Origin: a virus
Lineage: Duplodnaviria; Caudoviricetes
Virus record (IMG/VR): IMGVR_UViG_3300035070_001383
Location: 1-51,594 of that record
Strand: one strand, 5' to 3'
Length of the DNA stretch: 51,594 bases
A program made the translations under genes and the position numbers. Below the pieces are notes generated by a model. The model was not told the DNA's origin. It searched no databases and saw only the letters and a program-made list of their open reading frames with translations. How positions within the stretch are numbered: position 1 is the stretch's first letter; every line of letters begins with the position of its first letter. Shown in pieces: positions 1 to 7,070 of this stretch.

Positions 1-20
1 TCTGTAAATCTAATCATAGT
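1..20. repeat. Terminal 20-bp direct overlap with 51575-51594 (circular assembly)
   Basis: tctgtaaatctaatcatagt is at both ends. The stop of ORF 10..210 overlaps the ATG of ORF 50875..51591 across the join. Confidence 0.92.
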
Positions 21-210
21 ATTCATTTTGTGGGTCATAGGTTAGTTCTGTAAAATTCTTACTACGATAGGCGCCGTATTCTTTGCCTTGCTCGTCGGGA
101 ACCGCAACCATACCTACCTCATTGCTCATAGTTAAGCCTAGCTCGCTATACTCGTTGAATTGGTATTCAGCGTCTAGGAAATTGTCGGTGATGTCGTTCT
201 GTAAATTCAT
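10..210 (-). CDS. Hypothetical early protein (66 aa, acidic)
   Basis: ORF track; tightly packed minus-strand operon. Confidence 0.7.
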   Translation of the reverse strand: MNLQNDITDNFLDAEYQFNEYSELGLTMSNEVGMVAVPDEQGKEYGAYRSKNFTELTYDPQNEYYD

Positions 211-214
211 AGTA

Positions 215-475
215 TTAGTGTATTAGGTTAGTTCTGTTAAATCCCTCAAATTCATACGTTCCGTAGAACGTCTTAATAGTAATCGTAAAGTCTCCGTTAG
301 GTAACATTGACTCTAGCGTCTCATAGTGCGTTTCGGTAGCCTTAAACTCGCTCTCAATAAGGTCTATATACTTGCGGCTAATCTCATAGCCTTCCTTCGC
401 ATCTTTGAAGTTCTGAAACTCCTCTAGTCTGTCGCCAAAATACTCAGCAACTGAAAATATTTTCTCTTCTATCAT
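215..475 (-). CDS. Hypothetical early protein (86 aa)
   Basis: ORF track; operon packing. Confidence 0.75.
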   Translation of the reverse strand: MIEEKIFSVAEYFGDRLEEFQNFKDAKEGYEISRKYIDLIESEFKATETHYETLESMLPNGDFTITIKTFYGTYEFEGFNRTNLIH

Positions 476-576
476 CTTATAGCTAAATAATAATTACACA
501 AAAACACGCTTCCTACTGAACCCGAAACGAGTATGAAGGTAGCCCATAAAAATAAAACGACTTTAGTAAGCCGCAT
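472..576 (-). CDS. Small hydrophobic peptide (34 aa, MRLTKVVLFLWATFILVSGSVGSVFLCNYYLAIR)
   Basis: Read manually; fills the gap and overlaps the next start (ATGA). Confidence 0.45.
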   Translation of the reverse strand: MRLTKVVLFLWATFILVSGSVGSVFLCNYYLAIR

Positions 577-796
577 CTTCCGCAATTCTCCACTCTTGAT
601 ATTCTGCATTTTCTTTTAAGGTTAGGTTAATAATGTCGCCCTTCTTAATAGGGCCTACGCTGTAGTCGGCAAAGCCCCGAAAGGCTTTGACAACTCCAAA
701 GTTTATTTCAAAGGTTTCCGTCCTGTTAAGAGCCATAAATTGCTCTAACTTTGAGGGCTTCAAATCCTCTTCGATTAAGTTGATGTGTTGAAACAT
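563..796 (-). CDS. Hypothetical early protein (77 aa)
   Basis: ORF track. Confidence 0.7.
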   Translation of the reverse strand: MFQHINLIEEDLKPSKLEQFMALNRTETFEINFGVVKAFRGFADYSVGPIKKGDIINLTLKENAEYQEWRIAEDAAY

Positions 797-805
797 AGTC
801 TAATT

Positions 806-1843
806 TTAAAAGTTAATATCTACTTGCATACCGCCTAACATTTCACACGCTGTAAGGTGGGCCGCAACCGCACGAATTGAGAACTTAATATCTTGTCTTT
901 CTTCGCGAGTAGTCCACGTGCGCTCTTCGCCGTTGATTTCAAGCGTGCGTACAACGTCAACAAATTTGCTATTCTTGCGCTTCGGCGCCTTAACAGATAT
1001 CTTCTTTATATCTTGTCTGTTAAACATTCTCACAATGCAAGACTGAAAGTAGGTCTCCTTATTGACAAAAGTACCTGAGTCGATATAAAATTCCACGTTA
1101 GCGGGAACTGCTAGGAATTTCTCTTCCAACTCCTTCGGTGTCATTCCTTCGTTTAGGCTATTCTTTAGGTTCTCCTCATTTACAGCCAACTCACTAGCGT
1201 ATACCTCAGATATTTTTTCGCTGTGTTTTCTGCGGTTATCAGACAGCAATTTAAGCGCCTCGCCTAAACCTTTGGTTAGGTCGTTTAGGTGGTCTAGTTC
1301 AGCGTTTACCGCGTTGCTCAACCTAGTTTCATCTAGGTCACACTTACTTAGCGTTTCAGTTGCGGCTATTAAGCAAAGGCGTAGTGAGCTACTGCCTTCG
1401 AGCCTTGCGTGCTCGCTTCTTTCGCCGCCTGTCATATACATAACAGAGCTAACAAAGGCCCGAACCTTGCCCGTGCCCTCGATTATATTGTCTCCCACGT
1501 TCGACCACTTGCTAATGGATTTCAAGAACTCTAGAGATAATACTAGTTCGCCCTTCGGTAGCTCCAAAGTCGCTTCGAGTACGTTACCGCTTTCTGACCC
1601 ATAGGTAAAAAACTGCTTCTCCTCGCCTGTCTCTGTTTGTGAGTACCTTTTGGCTCCAACTTTGAAAGATAGCTTTTTACCTGTTCCTAAGACGCCCTCT
1701 GTTGCAGACGTTACAAAGGCATCAATTCCGTTCGCTATAGCCTTATCTATAGCATCGTTTTTAGTGGCTAGAATGCCCTCTATTGAAGCCGTGAGGCTTT
1801 TTAATTGGCTGTCGTTAGCCTTAACACTTTTTGAATCTAACAT
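806..1843 (-). CDS. Hypothetical protein (345 aa)
   Basis: Long ORF with AT-rich leader; no family recognised. Confidence 0.85.
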   Translation of the reverse strand: MLDSKSVKANDSQLKSLTASIEGILATKNDAIDKAIANGIDAFVTSATEGVLGTGKKLSFKVGAKRYSQTETGEEKQFFTYGSESGNVLEATLELPKGELVLSLEFLKSISKWSNVGDNIIEGTGKVRAFVSSVMYMTGGERSEHARLEGSSSLRLCLIAATETLSKCDLDETRLSNAVNAELDHLNDLTKGLGEALKLLSDNRRKHSEKISEVYASELAVNEENLKNSLNEGMTPKELEEKFLAVPANVEFYIDSGTFVNKETYFQSCIVRMFNRQDIKKISVKAPKRKNSKFVDVVRTLEINGEERTWTTREERQDIKFSIRAVAAHLTACEMLGGMQVDINF

Positions 1844-1865
1844 ATCGTTTAATTTAAGTTAATTT

Positions 1866-2315
1866 TTATCCGTAAATAATTTCGCCCAATAATAGGCATT
1901 GTAAAAATGCGTCGTGCGTGTTGCTGTCGTCTTCGCCCTTCGCGAACTCATCGAGTATCCAAGACTCGCTAAATTGCATCTTGTTTAGGTTTTGGTACAG
2001 GTCATCGAGGTTTACAGGTGTCGAGGACGTGTGCTCGTCTTCAACGTCGCACTCGCGAACGATTAAATTTCCCGCCATAAATATCTCTGTCCAAACGTCT
2101 TCCGAGCAAATGTAATAGTCGCCTTCGACGTACTCCTTGACGCTTCCCGCCTTTAAAATCTTCGCGCATTCTCTCGCCTCATCATAGGCCGCCGCTGTGG
2201 TGCAATCTAGTTGAACCATTCCGTAACCGATTGAGCCGCTCGTCAACGCTGTCCAAAACAACGCTTTAATTTGCTCGTCATCTAGTTGATAAGTTGCTTT
2301 TAAATTCAATTCCAT
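1866..2315 (-). CDS. Hypothetical acidic early protein (149 aa)
   Basis: ORF ending in IIYG; preceded by the AAGGGCA-N8-ATG motif. Confidence 0.85.
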   Translation of the reverse strand: MELNLKATYQLDDEQIKALFWTALTSGSIGYGMVQLDCTTAAAYDEARECAKILKAGSVKEYVEGDYYICSEDVWTEIFMAGNLIVRECDVEDEHTSSTPVNLDDLYQNLNKMQFSESWILDEFAKGEDDSNTHDAFLQCLLLGEIIYG

Positions 2316-2323
2316 ATAATGTA

Positions 2324-2340
2324 TGCCCTTAACAGGTCTT
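2324..2340 (-). promoter_or_regulatory. Leader motif AAGACC..AAGGGCA, 8 nt upstream of ATG (copy 1)
   Basis: AAGACCTGTTAAGGGCA; one of five copies with identical spacing to a start codon. Confidence 0.7.
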
Positions 2341-2365
2341 TTTAGTGCCTTTACAGGCCGTTAGG

Positions 2366-2411
2366 GGACGTTTACCGCATCGCTCGGTACTTGGTGTCGT
2401 TCACAACGTCC
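2366..2411 (-). ncRNA. Mini tRNA-like element A
   Basis: GGACGTT-GTGAACGACAC-CAAG-TACCG AGCGATG CGGTA-AACGTCC-C-CTAAC: 7-bp stem, small hairpin, 5-bp stem with 7-nt loop. Confidence 0.7.
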
Positions 2412-2428
2412 GACGCTCTTAGAAGCGC

Positions 2429-2533
2429 TTAAAATAAGTTAATAAATACGGAACCAACCAAAGCCAATAAAAGCGTTAGTGCGGTTCCACGAATAGCTAA
2501 ATCCTGAAGGCTCTCTATATTGCGCCACTTCAT
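2429..2533 (-). CDS. Small membrane peptide (34 aa, MKWRNIESLQDLAIRGTALTLLLALVGSVFINLF)
   Basis: Read manually; TAATG coupling with the upstream ORF. Confidence 0.5.
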   Translation of the reverse strand: MKWRNIESLQDLAIRGTALTLLLALVGSVFINLF

Positions 2534-2733
2534 TAATACACCTCTTTAAAGTTGACGCTAACAGAAGCCAAAAAGTCGCCGTCTGCAAACGCCTCATCGC
2601 GTAGGTTATTAGCGTGGTTCTCGGCGTCGCTAAACTTAGCGAAGACGCCTTCGATTTGGGTGTAACTACCTAGACTAGTAGTCGTGCTGTATAGCACCAC
2701 GTACACGCCCTTAATTTCATTTAAGTCCTTCAT
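2533..2733 (-). CDS. Hypothetical early protein (66 aa)
   Basis: ORF track; coupled to neighbours. Confidence 0.75.
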   Translation of the reverse strand: MKDLNEIKGVYVVLYSTTTSLGSYTQIEGVFAKFSDAENHANNLRDEAFADGDFLASVSVNFKEVY

Positions 2734-2966
2734 ATGTCATTTGATATTAGTTCCTCAATAATTGCTAAATATTCGCCTTCTACGCGTTCGCTCATTTTCG
2801 GGTCTTGCCCCCATTCGTGGTATACGATTGAGGCACGGCCTGCGTAGTCCGCGACAAACTCGAAATCTATTACTAGGCAACCTAGAACTAGGGCATTTCC
2901 TAAGCCCTCGAATTGGCTATTCTTAAACGATAGCTCGGTGACGTCACTCTTGTTAGGTGTATTCAT
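2730..2966 (-). CDS. Hypothetical early protein (78 aa)
   Basis: ORF track; ATGA overlap. Confidence 0.75.
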   Translation of the reverse strand: MNTPNKSDVTELSFKNSQFEGLGNALVLGCLVIDFEFVADYAGRASIVYHEWGQDPKMSERVEGEYLAIIEELISNDI

Positions 2967-2967
2967 A

Positions 2968-3111
2968 TTATTCAGTTATTTGATTGTCTAGCATAAAAGA
3001 AATAAAGTTCGCGCCTTCTTCCTTCATAATATCACCCAACGCACGGCTAAAAGCGTAAGGTTGGTAGGTTGGTAATTCGATTACGTCGTAAATAGTTAAA
3101 TCCTGTTCCAT
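2968..3111 (-). CDS. Small hypothetical protein (47 aa, MEQDLTIYDVIELP...)
   Basis: Read manually; leader motif 8 nt upstream. Confidence 0.7.
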   Translation of the reverse strand: MEQDLTIYDVIELPTYQPYAFSRALGDIMKEEGANFISFMLDNQITE

Positions 3112-3119
3112 TTGATTTG

Positions 3120-3137
3120 TGCCCTTCATTGGGTCTT
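3120..3137 (-). promoter_or_regulatory. Leader motif copy 2
   Basis: AAGACCCAATGAAGGGCA-N8-ATG(3111). Confidence 0.7.
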
Positions 3138-3366
3138 ATTCGTTAATAAATTTAGTAAATGACTCCTTCGCTTCCTTAAGCGTTAGGCCCCCACAAATGT
3201 AGTCGCCCTGTCCGTATATTGACCAAACGCCCCAATCCTTCAGGACGTCGCATTTTAGTATTATATAGCGCAATTCGCGCCCCTTCAAATAGGGTACATA
3301 ACCCTTCACCTCTTCATCGCTCCAAGCCCATTTATGAGAACTCGGTATAAATGCTAGTCCTTTCAT
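3136..3366 (-). CDS. Hypothetical early protein (start revised to 3366)
   Basis: ORF track; leader motif 8 nt before the ATG at 3366. Confidence 0.75.
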   Translation of the reverse strand: MKGLAFIPSSHKWAWSDEEVKGYVPYLKGRELRYIILKCDVLKDWGVWSIYGQGDYICGGLTLKEAKESFTKFINE

Positions 3367-3374
3367 TTGATTTA

Positions 3375-3392
3375 TGCCCTTCAATGGGTCTT
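3375..3392 (-). promoter_or_regulatory. Leader motif copy 3
   Basis: AAGACCCATTGAAGGGCA-N8-ATG(3366). Confidence 0.7.
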
Positions 3393-3402
3393 ATTAGTTA
3401 GG

Positions 3403-3448
3403 GAAGCGGGGCCGTATCGCTCGGCCCTTAGGGTCATTCCCCCGCTCC
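3403..3448 (-). ncRNA. Mini tRNA-like element B
   Basis: GGAGCGG-GGGAATGACCC-TAAG-GGCCG AGCGATA CGGCC-CCGCTTC-C-CTAACTAA. Confidence 0.7.
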
Positions 3449-3459
3449 TGTGTTGGTTA

Positions 3460-3807
3460 CTATGCGAAGAAACATCTGTCTTCCTCGAATAGGCGCCCGT
3501 CTTCCACCATACAACAAAACCACTCGTTGTATTGGTTTTCAACGTCTTCAATCGAAGAGCCTATGAACTCCTCACCCGTAACAAACTCCGAGAATATGCA
3601 CTCGACTTCCTCGCCGCTATTATATGCGTAGTCAGTAATTCCGTAGCTCACGGGGATATCTTCAGACCAAACATAAATATAGCCGCTTGTTACATTGTAA
3701 CCCGCTTCGCAGTCTTCGCCAATTACGTGGCCTTGACGCTCCATAGTGTCAATAATCATAGCAAGCGCTTTAAAATGTGTCGCTGTTCTTAGTCCTGTTG
3801 TTTTCAT
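3460..3807 (-). CDS. Hypothetical acidic early protein (115 aa)
   Basis: ORF track; leader motif. Confidence 0.8.
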   Translation of the reverse strand: MKTTGLRTATHFKALAMIIDTMERQGHVIGEDCEAGYNVTSGYIYVWSEDIPVSYGITDYAYNSGEEVECIFSEFVTGEEFIGSSIEDVENQYNEWFCCMVEDGRLFEEDRCFFA

Positions 3808-3815
3808 TTCATTAG

Positions 3816-3830
3816 TGCCCTTTGGGTCTT
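3816..3830 (-). promoter_or_regulatory. Leader motif copy 4
   Basis: AAGACCCAAAGGGCA-N8-ATG(3807). Confidence 0.7.
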
Positions 3831-3841
3831 TATTAGTTAGT

Positions 3842-3885
3842 AGAGGGTCGCGGTATCGCTCCGCGTTCGGTCTTTCCTACCCTCT
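3842..3885 (-). ncRNA. Mini tRNA-like element C
   Basis: AGAGGGT-AGGAAAGACCGAA-CGCGG AGCGATA CCGCG-ACCCTCT-A-CTAACTAA. Confidence 0.7.
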
Positions 3886-3890
3886 CGTAA

Positions 3891-4025
3891 TTACTCGCCT
3901 TTTTTCTCGCTGTACTTCTCAGCGTTCAGGAACTTGGCCCCTGTTGTGGTCTTCTTACCTCTGTTACCCGCTGTCTGCTTAGTAGCTCTTAGGTAGTCTC
4001 TTTCTGTTGCTTGTATGAATATCAT
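3891..4025 (-). CDS. Small basic peptide (44 aa, MIFIQATERDYLRATKQTAGNRGKK...)
   Basis: Read manually. Confidence 0.55.
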   Translation of the reverse strand: MIFIQATERDYLRATKQTAGNRGKKTTTGAKFLNAEKYSEKKGE

Positions 4026-4029
4026 AGTC

Positions 4030-4164
4030 TTAAAATTGTCCGTTAAACCCTGTTAGTGTTCCGTTCATTTCTGCTGCTATTGCGCTTCCCGCTGTGAAGA
4101 CGATAACGCCTAACACTGCAATAATTAGAACGTCTTGTAAAGTTACTTTTCTTAATAGTGTCAT
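4030..4164 (-). CDS. Small membrane peptide (44 aa, MTLLRKVTLQDVLIIAVLGVIVFTAG...); first early gene
   Basis: Read manually; leader motif 8 nt upstream; hydrophobic stretch. Confidence 0.65.
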   Translation of the reverse strand: MTLLRKVTLQDVLIIAVLGVIVFTAGSAIAAEMNGTLTGFNGQF

Positions 4165-4172
4165 TTTATTAG

Positions 4173-4187
4173 TGCCCTTTGGGTCTT
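4173..4187 (-). promoter_or_regulatory. Leader motif copy 5
   Basis: AAGACCCAAAGGGCA-N8-ATG(4164). Confidence 0.7.
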
Positions 4188-4198
4188 TGTTAGTTAGT

Positions 4199-4246
4199 GA
4201 GGGGCCATAGTCTCGAACTATTCGCGGCCTCTAAGCCGTGCCCCCC
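4199..4246 (-). ncRNA. Mini tRNA-like element D
   Basis: GGGGGGC-ACGGCTTAGAGGCCGCG-AATAG TTCGAGA CTATG-GCCCCTC-A-CTAACTAA; canonical TTCGA T-loop; T-stem has 4 bp plus an A.G mismatch. Confidence 0.65.
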
Positions 4247-4515
4247 GTTGTAAGTATTAAAGAGTGTTTGTAGGTCTGTGTTGTGTAGTGGCTAACCTCT
4301 TATGCCTTGACGTCTACCCCGCCGCGCTAACTCTCGTTAGCTCATTAGTTGTAAAAACTAGGAAATATTAACCTACTCTCACTCCTCTTAACTTTGCCTC
4401 TGTGTTGGTCTCCCTCAAGTGGTTGAATTGATACTATCTCCTCGCAGGTCTTTCGAACGCTTTGTCTTTAGGTTGTGCTATGTCAGTAGGGCAACCTCTC
4501 CCCGTTTTGCTTACA

Positions 4516-4523
4516 CAAATATA
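4516..4523 (-). promoter_or_regulatory. Putative early promoter -7 box (Bacteroidota primary sigma, TAnnTTTG)
   Basis: TATATTTG on the minus strand at the head of the early operon; no clear -33 TTTG. Confidence 0.55.
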
Positions 4524-4584
4524 CGGCGAATATTTTAAATAGAACCCCTATAATATGTATAAGGCCTAAAATAGCCCCAAAATA

Positions 4585-4918
4585 CCCCTGTTTTAAGGTG
4601 CTTATTGAAAAAAGTTTCGCTCTGTAGCCCCCGCCACCACTGCGATTAGAAAAAAGTTTCAATTATTTTGCATTTTTTTTAGGTTAGTATGTAAAAACAC
4701 CCCAAAACAGCCCCCGCCACCCCATAGAACGGCAGTATAATGTGAGGACGTACCGATAAAAGGTCAGGCGGTAACTTAATACAACACACGTTAACCCCCG
4801 TGTTTACTAGCGTGAAACATATAAAGGGTCACCTGTACACTTAATCGAATCACCACCTCTGTTAAGCCCCTGTTTATAGGCCCTCACAGGCAAAACGTCA
4901 GATTTTATAAAGGGTCAC
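4585..4918. repeat. Cluster of short direct repeats in the non-coding region (possible origin or packaging site)
   Basis: gaaaaaagtttc at 4607 and 4649; agcccccgccacc at 4626 and 4709; tataaagggtcac at 4820 and 4906; cccctgttt at 4585 and 4867. Confidence 0.6.
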
Positions 4919-5869
4919 TTTGGGCCATTACGTGGAACATACAATTGCCCCATATATCGACACACACAGAGCGCGTTTAAGAGCCTCACGTTGCTATGTA
5001 GTATGTTAGTATTGATTTACTGAGTTAGTACCTTAGAACGCACCACAGACAGCAAAACGGGCATAGGTGTAATGTATACAGCAATACAACCCACATAAGG
5101 CCCTACTATAGTCAGAGCGCACCACAGGGGTAGAAAGCAATGAATAGAGAAACGCGGCTACAGGTAAGAAACAGAGAGAGCAGTCAACAGAGTAAGAGAT
5201 AAGAGAGACTAAGCCGATAGGTTGAGAGAGAAGAGAAGAATATAGCCCCATAGGTGTGGCCTATTGTCCCCTCCGCCGTTCATAATTCTTTTTTTTAACC
5301 TGACCAAACGAAAAGCGAACTATTTTGCATTTTACCCCCAAATTTGTACCTAGTGGACGAACTCCTAGTAAGTGATATGTATACAACACTAGTTATATAG
5401 CTGTTAATTAGAGGCTCTTATTTGCAGCCGCAGTTTAGACCGAGATTGTTAGCTGTCAACGTCAGCCAAATATAGTATAAGCCTGTATCGTAGTGGTAGT
5501 AGGAGCTGAGAGGGAATGACCGTAAAACTTGGGAAATCAGTGTAACCAAGCCTCTCTGAATGGGCGGGGTAAAAAGCGGGGGACGGGGTTTGCACCTCTA
5601 GACGAGCCTAAAGCGAGTCGTACTATTATACTGCACTGCTGTCATAAGCTACCCGAACAACGTGAGTGTGCTGAGTGCTAACTTATAGTATATCAGGTTA
5701 CTAACTTAGTTCGTAAATATAATAACGGTATATAACCTTAAGTATACAACTCAGGTAGTATACTGAGTTAGGAGAGTATAGACTATAGTATAACTTATAG
5801 TAAGCGTCACACCTGACACGTAGTATACACTTGTGGTGTGTATGAGAATGAATGGAGCATACATAAATA

Positions 5870-5886
5870 TCGTAAATTATAAAAAG
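5870..5886 (+). promoter_or_regulatory. Putative late promoter motif TCGTAAATTATAAAAAG (copy 1)
   Basis: Identical 17-mer upstream of structural gene blocks at 5870, 9015, 16861, 24506 and 34538. Confidence 0.75.
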
Positions 5887-5894
5887 AGACAGAT

Positions 5895-6209
5895 ATGACA
5901 AACAAGGAAATGTTTATGGGTATAGTAGGTCAGGGTATACCGAAGGGTGAGGTAAAGGCAGCTATGTTTGCTTTCCACAACAAGTGGTATGGTAAGAGTC
6001 CTTATATCCTGAAGACCGAAAACCCTAACACATTCTGCGGGAGCTGTATTCAGCGAGTGAAGGCCAACTGTTGGAAGGTGTATCACTCCGACCTATACCG
6101 TTGGGATTACAGTGAGCTAGAGTGGACAGGTAAGCTAGGGCTGCACAACGCACCCGTGTACAAGCTATCACAGCAAGAGATGAGTAAGAATATAATAAGA
6201 AGAAACTAA
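5895..6209 (+). CDS. Hypothetical protein with CxxC motif (104 aa)
   Basis: CGSC motif; first gene after the late motif. Confidence 0.75.
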   Translation: MTNKEMFMGIVGQGIPKGEVKAAMFAFHNKWYGKSPYILKTENPNTFCGSCIQRVKANCWKVYHSDLYRWDYSELEWTGKLGLHNAPVYKLSQQEMSKNIIRRN

Positions 6210-6210
6210 T

Positions 6211-6519
6211 ATGACAAGTTTATTACTAGCAGCCGCGATTAGCCTATCACAACCTACAGACACCTTAGGGTTTGGTAGTTTAGGTCAAGAGATTAGAAAC
6301 ACAACAGTGATGACCTCTAGCTTCGATGAGTTCGAGTTGATTAGTTACTTTATCACTAGAGCAAGGTTCACTGAGACGCACATACTACAAGACGGTCAGG
6401 AGATAGTTATATTCTTTAACAACCTAGACCACACACTAAGAGACACAGTTCTTATACGCGAGGTTAACTTCGGTGCAGACGAGCGTTACAAGATGTATTA
6501 CAAACCACAACAGAATTAA
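6211..6519 (+). CDS. Hypothetical protein with signal-peptide-like N-terminus (102 aa)
   Basis: MTSLLLAAAISLSQ N-terminus. Confidence 0.7.
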   Translation: MTSLLLAAAISLSQPTDTLGFGSLGQEIRNTTVMTSSFDEFELISYFITRARFTETHILQDGQEIVIFFNNLDHTLRDTVLIREVNFGADERYKMYYKPQQN

Positions 6520-6520
6520 A

Positions 6521-6970
6521 ATGAACAGTAACAGAGACAAGAAAGGCAAGGTAGTAGTAGGGCGTGGCTCTGAGCTATCAGGGAAGCAACAGGATTTTAT
6601 AACCCGTGTTGCAGAAGAAGGCTTAGACAACGCAGCGGCTATAAGCCGTGAGATGAACTACACATCTTACTACCGTGACCGCCGTAACGTGGGCACAGCA
6701 TTCCACACTGAGCTTATGAAGCTAGTGGACTCAGAGCAGAAGTCTATCGAGGCAGCGAAGGGTATGAACCTCAACAAGCTAATCTCTATACGAGACACGG
6801 CTATCTCAGCGGGTGACCTGAAGGTTGCTATGGAAGCTATTAAGATAATGAACGCTATGCAGGGACACAACGCGCCGAAGGAAGTTAAGCAGACCAAACT
6901 AGACATTACTGCTACTATCGACCTAACAGCTCCCGAAGAAGAGGACGAGGGTTATATTGACATAGAGTAA
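6521..6970 (+). CDS. Probable terminase small subunit (start revised to 6521)
   Basis: Directly upstream of terL; LSGKQQDF..AAAI HTH-like start; A..AIKIMNAMQG helix. Confidence 0.65.
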   Translation: MNSNRDKKGKVVVGRGSELSGKQQDFITRVAEEGLDNAAAISREMNYTSYYRDRRNVGTAFHTELMKLVDSEQKSIEAAKGMNLNKLISIRDTAISAGDLKVAMEAIKIMNAMQGHNAPKEVKQTKLDITATIDLTAPEEEDEGYIDIE

Positions 6971-7070
6971 ACAGGCCCTCTACGGGCTTATCTCTACTAA
7001 ATCAATACACTGATACCACAAATACCCCGTTAGGCTCTTAAAACGCCTCTAAGGGGTCTTAAACAAGACT

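Noticed and set aside
893-3982. Plus-strand ORFs in the early region, and similar antisense or alternate-frame ORFs across the genome
   Set aside because: Shadows of the well-packed genes on the coding strand; atypical composition
2324-4246. Early-region repeats as a CRISPR or mini-CRISPR array
   Set aside because: Spacing is irregular (hundreds of bp, filled by ORFs), the repeats are degenerate, and there are no cas genes
4320-4350. Hammerhead-like string CTAATGAG-CTAACGAGAGTTAG-CGCGG on the minus strand
   Set aside because: The catalytic core needs CUGANGA and GAAA; both are broken here and no stems I/III are evident
5033-6086. Minus-strand ORFs 5033..5251, 5701..5901 and 5877..6086
   Set aside because: Low-complexity translations of skewed non-coding tracts, or antisense to a better gene
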